Assembly: GCA_013265495.1 (NCBI GenBank)
Contig: MU063886.1
Location: 1,923,486-1,987,485 of the forward strand
Direction of reading: 5' to 3'
Length of the DNA: 64,000 bases
Source: Vicugna vicugna
Taxonomy: Eukaryota
The position numbers and the translations under genes are program-made. Shown here piece after piece: positions 12,441 to 24,311 of the stretch (its first letter is position 1; every line of letters starts with the position of its first letter). The notes under the pieces are model-generated. The model was not told the DNA's origin. It was given only the letters and a program-made list of their open reading frames with translations, and made no database searches.

Positions 12441-14599
12441 GAGTCATCTCTGGGCATCACTGTCCTCATCTGTTGGAAGAGGTAGGTTCAGCAGAATCTG
12501 CTTTAAAAGCACTACCAGCACAAGAGTTCTAGGGATCAGATCCATCCCAGTTTCCACCGGAAGCTGGAATACCAAGTGGGAATCTTTAAAAACTTGAAAT
12601 GGTGCAGTGGGGTAGGAAAAAGGCTTGGGGCTTTGAGATCCACTGATAAATATTTCATAAAGTTCCCTTTGTCCTTTCACAGTGGCCCAATAAAGCAGGC
12701 CTCCCTACCTCTTAAGAGTGTGAGAAGCGTAAAATTAATCGTCCTGTTTTGCTGAATGAACCACACACCCCAATGCGCCAGGGCAAGAGGAGGTGAGAAG
12801 GATCCCGTTCCCTGCAAAAGCGACTTCTGTAAATAGCCTCAAATCGATTTTCAAAGAATTAACCTATAAAAGTTGTTTTTTAAGCCTTCCAGATAGACCC
12901 AGTCTATTTTATAAACACTGCCTCAGATTTATGTCTGGCCTATAAAAACCAGGCTGGGCCTTTGGTTGAGGGCAGGGAGAATCATGTTTGGCTCCGATAT
13001 CCTGGAACATGGACTCTAACGCTATTTGCTAAGCCAACGCTGGGGGCCTTCCTCCTAGGTGAAACTTCCTTATAAGGAGGTCTTTTTTTTATACTTCAGT
13101 AACTATCCCCACTTTGGAGAGCATCCAAGAGGGACTGTCTATGTACCTAGCTCTATAGCCAAGAGAGATACAGTGAGGTCCCAGTTTATTTAGACAAAGC
13201 TTTGATAACCAGAGTCAACTATTCTTTCCCAGTCCAAGGCTTAACAGTGCAGCCAAAAGTCTGCAAGGAGCAAATGCACTTGTAAAACATCACATGGGCG
13301 AGCCCCTGGGGAAACTGTCACCTGTAAAACTGCACAGGCACATCCTGCCTGAGTCATCCGAGTTATAGGAATGAACTTTTGAACAAAGACAGTGGCTCTG
13401 GCAGGTGTAAGGATTCCTGATGAGGCCACAGTGAACACATGTAGGTCTTAAGGGAAAAGAAGCCTGTTCCTGCTGGTCTCTGCGGGGACTGAGTGCCACA
13501 GACATTTTAGGGGGAGACGGGATGCGTAATGGAGAGAATGGCAAATGTAGCATTATGGAACTCCTTTCATTTAGTAATCTTTTCTTATATTCTGTTCTGC
13601 CTTGTGGTTCATTTTAGAAAGCTTTCATCAATAACTGTGAACCCCAGAAAGACTTGTCTTTCGAAGTAGCTAAGCAGAGAGGAGAACCTGAAATCCATCA
13701 TCAGTGAAAGATAAAGTCAAAACAGAAGCTCTGTCTCTAGACCTGAGTAGCATGCTGGCCTCCCTAAGCCTGGAATCAGCAGAAGAAAATAAAATCATTC
13801 ATAATTATACTAAAACCAAGAGGTGCCCGCAGTAGACCAGAAATCAGAGAAAACAGAGAGAGACAGAGAGAGAGACATGGATAATTAGATGGCGGAAAAG
13901 AACAGGTACCTCCTGGTCCCCCACCCCTCCCCCACCAGCCCCCTCAGCATCTTAAGTTTTAAGACCATAACTTAAGCTGACTACTCACCAGCTCTCTACA
14001 AGACCACACATCAGCAATGATCTCTCCATGTCCCCTCTCCCCGAGGGTCACAGTCCCCTCCAGGTGCCCAAGCTAAAATAATCCATTGTCACCGGGCCTC
14101 TTTGACCAGTCCACCACAAACCCCCTTGTTCTGTAACTTTCTCAACATCACCTCTAGAATTCTTGATTTTTGATCCGGAAGCTCTCCAACATCCGCGATC
14201 TTTTCTCCGAAAGCCCTTGCCTCTTCCTTACCCAATGGAAATGTCGATGATATTAACATGATCAGAATTCACTCAAGAAGTTGGTTTTTCCCGCCTAAAT
14301 CCACACGCACCAAGACCCAAAAATAGAGTGGAAGGCTTCCTTTCACCCCACTGCCACTTCCAAGCCATTTTTTCCTGCTTTCAAACCCTGAGCTTTCTGT
14401 CTGGAAAGGCACAGCAGTTCTCTCTGGCCATCATTGTCACGGCGCCAGCACCAGTCCCATCTCTCCATATAAAACCTAAAGGATATTCACCAAAATACTA
14501 ACAGAGAGCATTTTTGCATCATGAGATGTATGGGTGATTTTGATTTTCTTTGTGTTGCTCTGTTTTACTGGAATGCATTGCTTTTGTCCACCTTTATAT

Positions 14600-16880
14600 T
14601 TTTTGTTGTGAATTTATTTCTTCTTCATGTAATTTCTTCTCTCTTTTTTGGTTTTCTCTTTTGCTAACTTTATGAGCTGCATGATTAATTCACTCATTTT
14701 TCAATCTTTCATGTTTTTTTCTGTTATATAAATCAGATTCTCTCATGTTTTGGCATACAATTATGAGATTCTGATTATTTCAGGATTTGCAATACAATTT
14801 TGTCTTTAACCACTTTTGTACATATATTTATTTTGTTTCCAAAGAATGGGGGATTTTTATTTTTACTTTAAAAAAAAATATGCATTGTGGTTGAGGAATA
14901 TATTCTGTATGATATCAATTATGTGGTGTTTTTAGTCAGTAAATATAAAGGTTCCATGTGCTTTGAAAAAAGAGTAAGGGGAGGTTATATCCAGGAATAG
15001 GTATTTTGACATTAAGTCATCTTTGTTAATCATGACTTAAGCATTGAGTCATCTTTGTTAATCATGTTGTTCATATCTAGGATAGCCTAATATTTTGTCT
15101 TCTCTTTCATTAGTTTGATAGAGATATGTTAACATCTCATCATTGGGAATTTAACTTTTCTTTGTAGTTCTGTCCATTTTTCCTTATAGATCTGAGTCCA
15201 GGTCATTAGACTAGCATTTGCTGTATCTTACCCGTAGATTTTTTTCATTTACCACTCAGGATAATCTTCTTTACCTGCATCATTTCATTTTGCCCTCAAA
15301 TTAATTTTGTCTGATAAGAATAGCACTAATTGAATTTTCTTTGTTTAGTGCTTTCCTGCTACATGTTTTTTCCTTCTCCTCCTCTTAATTTTCAAACTTT
15401 TTCTCTTCTCCTGATTTTATTAAATGGATTACATTTTGTTCATTCCCCCTTCCCCAGATGGAGTGTTATACATTGTCTTTCATTCCTTCAGATACTTAAA
15501 AGGCATACTTGACATTAAAAGAAAAAAACCCATAGAAAACAGTATGGAGATTTCTCAAAAGACTAAAAACAGAGTTACCATATGATCTAACAATCCCACT
15601 CCTGGGCATATATCCAGAGGAAACCTTAATTCAAAAAGATACATGCACCCCAGTGTTCATAGCAGCACTATTTACAATAGCCAAGACATAGAAACAACTT
15701 GAATGTCCATTGTCAGATGACTGGATAAAAAAAGTTGTGCTATATTTATACAATGGAATACTACCCAGCCATGAAAAAGAATAAAACATGCCATTTGCAC
15801 CAACATGGATGGACCTGGAGATTGTCATTCTAAGTGATGTAAACCAGAAAGAGAAAGAAAAATACCATATGATATCACTTATACATGTAATCTTAAAAAA
15901 AAAGACAAATGAACTTATTTACAAAACAAACAGAAACAGCAAACATAGAAAACAAACTTATGATTACCAGGGTATGAAGGGATAAATTGGGAGTTCGAGA
16001 TTTGCAGATACTAACTGCTATATATAAAATAAACAACAAATTCATACTGTATAGCACAGGGAACTATGCCAAATATCTTGTAGTAACTTATGGTGAAAAA
16101 GAATATGAAACTAAATATATGCATGTTCATGTATGACTGAAGCATTATGCTGTATACCAGAAAGTGATACAACATTGTAAACTAACTATATTTCAATAGA
16201 AATGTATATACAAAATAAATTAAAAGTTTCTATTAGAAATATGATTTACCAAAAAAAAAAAGAGAGAGAGAGAAAGAAAAGAAAAAAACCCCAAGCCAAT
16301 CAAAATCTCTGTTCTCCAGATCTTAGAACCATCCCATTCTGATGCCCCTCCTCCCTTCTGCCATCTTATTTAGTATTTTAATTTCTCCCTATTTTTAACC
16401 AGTTCCTCCAAAGGAGCCCTTTGTTTATCAGTCACTGTTTCAAGTCATCAGAAGTTCACCAATTTGTTTCATAGCACTATAAAGCCAACTCCTCTCCAAT
16501 CCTACCTTCAGTTTTCTCCTTACTGATGCACACACTTGAGTAGTTCTTTCAGGAGAGGTCAGTGAGGGTTCTTTTGAAAATGTTCTTATTTGCCCGACAC
16601 TCTTGAATAATACTTTGAGCTAGGTATTGAACTCTAGGATGATGGTTGTTTGCATTAGCTGACTGAAGGCATAAGTACATTGTATCCTGTCACTTTACCT
16701 ATGAAGGGTCTGCTGTTAGTCTCATAGTTGTTCTTTGGGGAATATTCTTTTACTCTCTTACAATGTTTAGGATTTTTCATTTTTCCTTTCCCAATGTTTT
16801 ACAATTTTACCTCAATAGGTCTAGGCATAATTTTTAATCCTGCTGGGGACTCTGTACTATTTTAATATATAGATTATGTT
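14600..16880 (-). mobile_element. Ancient antisense L1M/HAL1-type remnant, interrupted by a younger L1
   Basis: T-rich; antisense ORF1/ORF2-like motifs (GAACTCTAGGATGATGGTTG...GGTCTGCTGTTAGTCTCATAGTTGTTCTTTG). Confidence 0.6.
15532..16276 (+). mobile_element. 5'-truncated young L1 (ORF2 C-terminus plus 3' UTR) with TSD
   Basis: CCATATGATCTAACAATCCCACTCCTGGGCATATATCC...CATGGATGGACCTGGAGATT...; perfect 15-bp TSD AAAAGAAAAAAACCC at 15517-15531 and 16277-16291. Confidence 0.92.
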
Positions 16881-16899
16881 TTGCTTTGTTTCAAATCTG

Positions 16900-17030
16900 G
16901 AAAATATTTATAATTGCCAAGATATGGAAGCATCCTAAATGCACATCAATGGATGAATGGATAAAGAAGATGCAGCATATATATGTAATGAAATGCAACT
17001 TACCCATAAAAAAGGGTATTTTGCCATTTG
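16900..17030 (+). mobile_element. L1 ORF2 C-terminal fragment
   Basis: GCCAAGATATGGAAGCATCCTAAATGCACATCAATGGATGAATGGATAAAGAAG...TTGCCATTTG. Confidence 0.8.
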
Positions 17031-17089
17031 TGCCCCTTCATTCATTTTTTTTCCACTTTAAAAACCAGCATTTTATAATTGGCATAAAC

Positions 17090-17245
17090 ATTTCTACTGC
17101 ATCAAAAACAACAAAATACCTAGAAATAAACCTAACCAAGGAGGTTACCTACACTCCGAAAACTGTAAAACAGTGATGAAGGAAACCAAAGACAACAAAC
17201 AAATGGGAAAATATCTTGTGTTCTTGGGTTGGAAGAATCAACTAT
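17090..17245 (+). mobile_element. L1 ORF2 fragment (KYLEINLTKEV region)
   Basis: AAAATACCTAGAAATAAACCTAACCAAGGAGGT translates KYLEINLTKEV (ORF track 16886..17176). Confidence 0.8.
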
Positions 17246-17280
17246 AGTATTTATCTTTACCAAAAATACTCAAGTGCCTA

Positions 17281-17655
17281 CAGGCAGACCTCAGAGATAT
17301 TGTGGGTTCAGTTCCACTGTAATAAAGCAAATAATTGCAATAAAGTGAGTCACATGATTTTTTTGGTTTCCCAGTACATATAAAAGCGACATTTACACTG
17401 CATGTGGTCTTTTAAGTGTGCAATAGCATTATATGTGAAAAATGTATGTAACTTAATTTTAAAATATTGCTAAAAATGCTAACCATCACCTTCAGCGAGC
17501 CTTAGTGGCAACGTCAATGATCACTGATCACAGATCACCATAACTAATATAATGAAAAAGTGTGAAATATTGTGAGAATTACCAAAATGTGACACAGAGA
17601 CACAAAGTGTGCAAATGCTGTTGAAACAATAGCACCGACAGAGTTGCTCGATGCA
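17281..17655 (+). mobile_element. TcMar-Tigger non-autonomous element (Tigger1a-like), right end missing
   Basis: TA target then CAGGCAGACCTCAGAGATATTGTGGGTTCAGTTCC; internal GAGAATTACCAAAATGTGACACAGAGACAC. Confidence 0.85.
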
Positions 17656-17975
17656 ACACGGATGGCCTTGGAGGGCATCATGCTGAGTGAGATAAGTTAG
17701 ACAGAGAAAGATAAAAACTGTAGGATATCACTAATATGTGGGATCTAAAAAATACAAACTCGTGAATATCACATAAAAGAAGGAGACTCACAGATACCGA
17801 AAACAAACTAGTGGTTACCAGTGGGGAAGGGGGAGGGGCAAAAAAGGGGTGTGGGACTGGGGGGTACAAACTATTGGGTTCAAGATAGGCTTAGGGATAT
17901 ATTGCACAATATAGGGAATACAGCCAATGTTTTGTAATAATTATAAATGGAAAGTAACCTTCAAAATTGTATGAA
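17656..17975 (+). mobile_element. L1 3' end (older laurasiatherian L1MA9-like)
   Basis: CGGATGGCCTTGGAGGGCATCATGCTGAGTGAGATAAG...AACTAGTGGTTACCAGTGGGG...GGGAATACAGCCAATGTTTTGTAATAATTATAAATGG. Confidence 0.85.
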
Positions 17976-19299
17976 AGTTTTTTTTTTATTTTAATTACCT
18001 TCTTGTAATCCCTTCCCTTTGCTAGTTTGGAATTAAGCAGTGATTCTCTCTCCAGAGCCATTTTAAACGGTGGGGGGGGGAGCCTAGAAGAGATATTCCC
18101 TTTTCCAACCCTTCTATGGAACAGCCTCTGGTTCTTTTGCTTTTTCTATTCAAGTCACATATGTGTTGAAATTTCTTTCATAAACTATATTTACTTACCC
18201 AAAACTCTACCTTTTTTAATTGCTATAAATGGTAAGAACCAAAGCTACTTCTATCAAAGATTTGAAGACAAAACATGATGAATTGCAGTTTAACCTTTTT
18301 TCTTTTTTGGCTGAGAAAACATTCTTTTTATCATTAGGGAGAAATGAGATTTTACCTTCAAATCATGACACAAAATTGTGAATCTATTTGGATAATTAGA
18401 ATCTATTTAGAGAACAAAACAGAAATCTCAGAGCCGGTTTACAACGAGCACTAACTGAACATCAGTGCCTGCCAGCTACCTCCTCATCTAGCCAGCTGTC
18501 ACCTTTGAACAAACCATCTCATTTTAAACCAACTTCCAAAAAGAAGGCTCCCCTCCCCTCGGAGGCTGCGCCATGTCCTGTCTGCAGCGCCCCGGGATGT
18601 GCTGGCCACCTCCTTCCATGGCCCTAACGCAGCCAGCAGCAGACAGGAAGGAGGGTCCCAGACTTCAGGCTATAGCACCACCCCCATCCCAGGCTGCAAA
18701 GCACCAGAAGCAGAGTGAAGATGCTTTTTTCTTCTTCTACGCTTCGGTCATCTGCAGACTTCTGGAAGACTCCCCTTCGCTCCTTGGAGATTTAGTTCTT
18801 AACTCCCCCCAAGAATACCCCTGTGCACTTCTTGGCTACGATACTGCCCATGTGAGTGATCCTTCTAGGACCCTGGCCTCTCGTACCCTTATCCTGTTTG
18901 CCTCTAATTGTTCCGTCTGCTGTCTCTCCTCAGCCACTACCATTATGGTTGTGCCCGAGACCCTGTTATCACCTCTGACTGCACCATGACTCCTCCATCC
19001 TAAATGTATCTGTCTAATGTCTCTCATCTACCTTCCCGCTCATTCTTCTGAGCTGTCCAGACTCCCACAGCCCTGCAACCCCACCAGGACCTCAGGCCAC
19101 TCATCTAGCAAGCTCCCTCCACCCCTCATCCTTCTCTCACCCTCCCTGCCCCTCTCACCTCGCTGAGACTCCACAGCCCCTCATCTCCCTGCACATCATC
19201 TCCCCTCCTCTCCTTCTTCCTTACTGCCCTCTTCCCCTTCTTAGCCCAGACCTGCGCCTCTGATCAGGGCTGGGGAAAAGTACCCCATCTACATGACCA

Positions 19300-21600
19300 G
19301 AGTCATTTTGAATGAATGGCGCCCCATCTCAGGTGGGTGCTTGGTGACCCTAATCCCATCACCACCCCCACCCTGTGCACCCAGGGGACTCTTCCACATC
19401 CTCACCGCTGCCTTCAAACCTCAAACACCCTCCTCCATCCTCTGCCAGTTCCCTTGCTTCTTTTTCTTCTGACAACATGGAAGCAACAACCACCAAAGTA
19501 AATAAATAGAAAACCCTTCTGAGCGTCATTACCACCCCACATACCAAGCTAATGTGTGTGTCTGTGCCAGTAACCCTCCTTCCCCCTGCTGGCCTTCCCG
19601 TTTCTATGGATGAGCTGTCTGTCCTCTGGGATTAAAGCAGTCCTCCCATCTGACACTGACCCACAGTGTCTCACCTCTCAGAGCCGTCACTTCAACAGCT
19701 CCCCCGTCTCTCACCATCATTAGTTTTCCCCCCTCTCCTACATCGTCTCCATCAGGAATATAAAATGCTGTATTACTTTCCATTTAAAAAAAAGAATCCC
19801 TCCCTTGACCCTACATTCACTTTCAGTCACATAATTTTTCTGCTTCCCCCGAAGGTGAGTTCTTGAGGGTGTCGGGGACAATTGCTCCCCCAGAGCCTCT
19901 TGTCACTGCTATAAACTGGTTTTTAACCCATTTACTCTCCCAAAGTGCTCCCATGAAGGCCACCAGTGACTTCCACCATGCCCCATCCTGCAGTCAGTTC
20001 CCAGTGCCTGCCGTACTTGACGCCGGTTCCCCACCCCGCCCTCACCTCTTCCTGTAACTGCAGGGAATCCACTCTGCTGGTCCCCGATCCCGCTGGTCAT
20101 ACATCTTTTATCTCCTCTTCTTCTTCTGCTCCATCCCCAACCCCACCCCCAGCTCCTAAATGCAGAAGGACCCGGAGATCAGTCCTGAAAACTCTTCTCC
20201 AGGTCTGTTCATTCCCCAGCTGATTAAATCCCAACCACGCTTTCTACACGATCCATAGCTGACAATTGCCTGAACTCTGGATTCCTCTCTCTAAACACCT
20301 ACCATCTCCACTTGGAAGCTGAAATCCTCTCAAACTTATCTGAAATCAAACCTTGTTTCTACCTCAGCAAAACCTATTCCCTCCACTTCAACAAATGGCA
20401 AATCCGTCCTTCCAGCTGCAGAAGCCAAAAGCCTGAGCAGCATCCTTCCGTCTCCACTTGCTCTCACACCCCGTATCCAGTCTATCCGCAATCCCGTTGG
20501 CTCTTTCTGAAGTCACATCCCGCATGGGACCACCGCTCACTCCTCCTCCATCACTCAAGCTGTAGTTCAGGCCACCATCAGTTCTCCCCTGAGGTGACCT
20601 TCTTGCTTCCAAACTTGCCCTTTTCAGTCTATTAGCAAAGAAGCTGTTGGAAGGATCCTTTCAAGATGCACATCGATTATGATGCACTGCTCCTCAAATC
20701 CGCCCATGGCTATTCATTTTATTTACAGGGAAGACCCCATCATCTCAGGCCCCATCTTTGGCATCTGTCTCTTTCTCTCTCCCCTGGCTTCCGTCACATG
20801 GGCCTCCTCCTGGAACATGAGGAATGCTCTCCGTTTCTGGCCTCTCCCTAGAAAGCAAATATCTGCATGGCTTCCTCCCTCAACTCCACAGTCAAATGTC
20901 CCCTAATCAGGCCTCACCTGACCATCCACATAAAACAGTAGCTGACCAATTTCTTAACCTTTGCAATGGGTTGAATCCTATCTCCTCAAGAGATGTTAAA
21001 GTCCTTACTGCCTGTGAACATGACCTTATTTGGAAATAGGGTCTTTGCAGATGATGTGGTTAATATGAGGGCACTGGGGTAGGCCCTCATCCAGAAGTCT
21101 GGCCTCAGAGACAAAGACCCAGGGAGGCTGCCATGTGGCAGCTGGGGTTATGATGCCACAAAGCCAGGGACTAACAGAGCTAGGAGAGAGGCCTGGAGCA
21201 GATCCTCCCCCAGCACTGCTCAGGGGAGCATGGCTCTGCCAACCCCTTGATCCTGGACTGCTGGCCTCCAGAACTGTGAGACAATACATTTCTGTTGTTT
21301 AAGCCACTTGGTTTGCAGTACTTTGTGACAATGGTCTCAAAGGAAACTCATACAATCCTCCCTCCCAAATTGATTTCTGTTCTCTAGACCACACAACTGT
21401 CTGATACTTAACTTTATTGTTGTTTTTGTTGTTCATTGACTGCCTTCATCAAGAATTATTTCTTTAAAGAAGAGACTATAGCCCTTGAAATATACATACA
21501 TTATATTCACTGCTGTGTCCCCCAGAGCCTGGAAAATTGTCTCCTACTTAGGACGGGCTCAATACTATTTGTGGAATGAATAAATAAGAGAATGATTAAA
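19300..21600 (+). mobile_element. Long L2 (L2a-like) remnant, interrupted by an MLT1 LTR
   Basis: Degenerate RT (GACTTCCACCATGCCCC...; CATCTCCACTTGGAAGC) and a 3' end GCTCAATACTATTTGTGGAATGAATAAAT. Confidence 0.8.
20962..21354 (+). mobile_element. MaLR solo LTR (MLT1B/C-like)
   Basis: TGCAATGGGTTGAAT...GACCTTATTTGGAAATAGGGTCTTTGCAGATG...GGCCTCCAGAACTGTGAGACAATACATTTCTGTTGTTTAAGCC...GGAAACTCATACA. Confidence 0.9.
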
Positions 21601-22989
21601 TTCCTTCAACAGAGTTTGACTGCCTACCTCATGTGAAGAGCTGAGCTGAGACTATGACTTCACTGTGAGTAAGACAAGAGAAATGTGGTTGAGGACAGAG
21701 ACACGTTCTCTCCTGTACTTTGTCACCCACTCCAGCCTTGGCCTTCTTTCTTCTGAACTCCTTGTCATCAACCTGAGACTCTTCCCCATGCAGTCATGCC
21801 TCAACTGTTCTGGCTTCCAGACTAGGCCAACCATTTCCTCATTATATGAAAGTGAACACGGCCCAAGAGTTCTCTTATTCTTCTCTTATTTTAATTTTGT
21901 CCCAGGTCATCCTGCGAGCAAACTGCTCTCAGCTGACTTCCTTTCCATTTCCATTCCATCTTTACCTGGCCAGCCCCCAAACTGCCAGCCTTCCCACACA
22001 CACCGTGTGTGTTTGAAAGTGTTCCTCTCACTCCTGACCTCCTTTTCATAAAAGTTTTGCTTCACTTGAAAACTCTGCAGTTACATCTTTGCTCAAGCAC
22101 CATCCCATAGTTTCTTAAATTCCCTTCAGATTATAGGATTTAGATTCAAAGATGGGAATCTGGTGAAAAGAAAATACTTTGATATAAACCTGATGAAGAA
22201 AAGGAGAAACATGCAAGCCTTTTTCCATAACTGTTTCTTCTCAACTGTCCTGCAGGTTTGCAACTCTGAAAATTCAGGGAAAATCAAACCTTTAAAATAA
22301 AGAACTCAAAGTCTCAAATTTTCAAGTCAAGATGATGAATGTCAACTATCATACCTTGGTTGAACCAAGTTAGTTTGTTCAGTCAAATGCTGTCATTTTT
22401 TTCTTTTTCTAGCTGAGAAATCAGAGTCTTTAATGAGGAAATAGACCAGCACAGACTCTGAGAAAAGCATTCTTTGGAATCCAACTGAACAATATCCCCT
22501 TCTCCAAGCAGCTCTCCTAGATTGCATCTGAGATAAAGACTTTCCCCTCCACCTTCAACCAAGGTCACTGAATTGGACCACCTTGGACTCAACCCCTTCT
22601 GCTTTGGTCACCCTTTTCCTCTACAGCCATCACGCACTTTCTAAATAATGGAAGCTGTCAGGTATGAAGTCATCGCACTTTTAAATATCCTTCACAATGC
22701 CTTTTGCAGGACACAGTAGGCTCCCTGTAAAGATCTGATAGGTGAACACAAGGACAGAGAAGTTAAGGCTGAAGGACACAGATCACCTAACCATCTCAGA
22801 AAAACCAAACACATTCTGAATTTGGAATTCCCCAGGAGAGGGTGTTCTTCCCATGGTGCCACCACCTGTCCTTTCCTCAGAACCCACTCCATTCCTGCTC
22901 CACATAGCTCATCACAAAAGTTCAATTCCACCACTACGAATTCCAGAGAATTCTCCACATGGATCGCTTGTAATTTTGTCCCAAATGAC

Positions 22990-23140
22990 TACGTCACTTG
23001 GGCTCAAGGCTTGGCTTTGTCACTTAGTTGCCTATTAGTCTCTCTGGGATCCACTGCTTCATCCACCAAGTGAAGATTTAAATAAAAACTTGTGATGATC
23101 AAATGAGACAGTAAATGGAAAGTGCTTGTATTAAACAATG
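22990..23140 (+). mobile_element. MIR SINE fragment
   Basis: GCTTTGTCACTTAG...GTGATGATCAAATGAGACAGTAAATGGAAAGTGCTTG. Confidence 0.55.
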
Positions 23141-23596
23141 ACTACACATTAGCTCTTAACTTTTATTCTTATTGGTGCCTGCACGTGGAATAAACGTCAT
23201 TGCAGACTCTGCCAAGAGAATCTCAAATAGGTAAGTGTCTATGACCCAGGCAGGTAGATCGAATCAAGACACTGATCAATGGAACACCCTCCTGCTCCAG
23301 AGTGGTGGACATCATTCTTTACTATGGTTCTGGTGATATCGTGTGTAACGTCCAAACATGGGAGCCAACTGAACTCTCCATTACATCAGAAAGCAGTCAA
23401 ACAGGCCCTCAGTGCTGCACAGCTCCAGGGAGCAGCATTCTCAGAACAGAGCACACTCTGCAGGGGGCTATGTGAATGACATCTACATGACTTGTGCAGT
23501 GGGGCGGCTGGACTACAAAATCTTTGCTCACTTCCTTTGGTGGCACATTTGTCCTCCAAAGGCTGACTGCCGTAGGGAAATCAAGATGCATCAGAC

Positions 23597-23755
23597 ACCA
23601 GGATTTGAGTCCTAGCTCTACAACCGACTAGCTGTCTGAACTTAACAGAGTTACTGAACTTCTGAGCCTTGAATTATTTATCTTTACAACAGAGACTGTC
23701 ACCATTGTCACATGCAGGTGTTGGAAGGATTAAGTGAAATGACTATGAAATATGA
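23597..23755 (+). mobile_element. MIR SINE fragment
   Basis: GGATTTGAGTCCTAGCTCTAC...AGTTACTGAACTTCTGAGCC...GGATTAAGTGAAATG. Confidence 0.7.
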
Positions 23756-24212
23756 CCCCCTATGAGTCTAATAATAACACCAGCGGTTCCCTAAGAGTAG
23801 CAGTGTGTGTTGTTTGTTATTTCATTTCTCAATGCAAGATGCATTAGCCAGAAGGCTTCAAACACCAAACAACGCCAAACTCAAAGCCGGTCTTGGAAGG
23901 CAGTGCATCAGTCTTAGTAAGCGTTATCCTTACAAGAGCTCATCTTTCTCCACAAGAAGATAGCCTCTTAATTATAAATAAAATAAAAAATATAGCATAT
24001 ATGATATATGTATTTAAACTACAATGTATAAAATTACAAGTAAATCTTGCTCATAGATAAAGCTATCCAGAGTGTTTCTTGCAATCAAGTTCTTTCTCTA
24101 CTAAGCAAAGAAGTAAGGTCCCCGGTAACCTTGTACAACTTAAATAGCCACCACTCCCAGTGCCTCCACTGCTTTCAGACTTCCCACTAACCCTGCCTCA
24201 GAAATTAGCTTT

Positions 24213-24311
24213 GGGTAGGAGGAGTACAGCTCAGTGGGAGAGCGTGTGCTCAGCATGCATGATGTTTTGGGTTCAGTTCCCAGTACTACCATTTTTTTTT
24301 AATTGAAAAAA
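24213..24311 (+). mobile_element. tRNA-derived SINE, short vic-1-like copy
   Basis: GTACAGCTCAGTGGGAGAGCGTGTGCTCAGCATGC...GGGTTCAGTTCCCAGTAC; TSD CAGAAATTAGCTTT (24199-24212) / CAGAAATTAACTTT (24312-24325). Confidence 0.85.

Noticed and set aside
22100-22600. Several acceptor-like sites suggesting exons
   Set aside because: Stops in all frames after each candidate acceptor; no matching strong donors.
23206-23230. 25-nt plus-strand micro-exon (CAG|...AG|GTAAGT)
   Set aside because: Weak polypyrimidine tract; joining it to the 10326 donor gives METLPRESQI, which I do not recognise.
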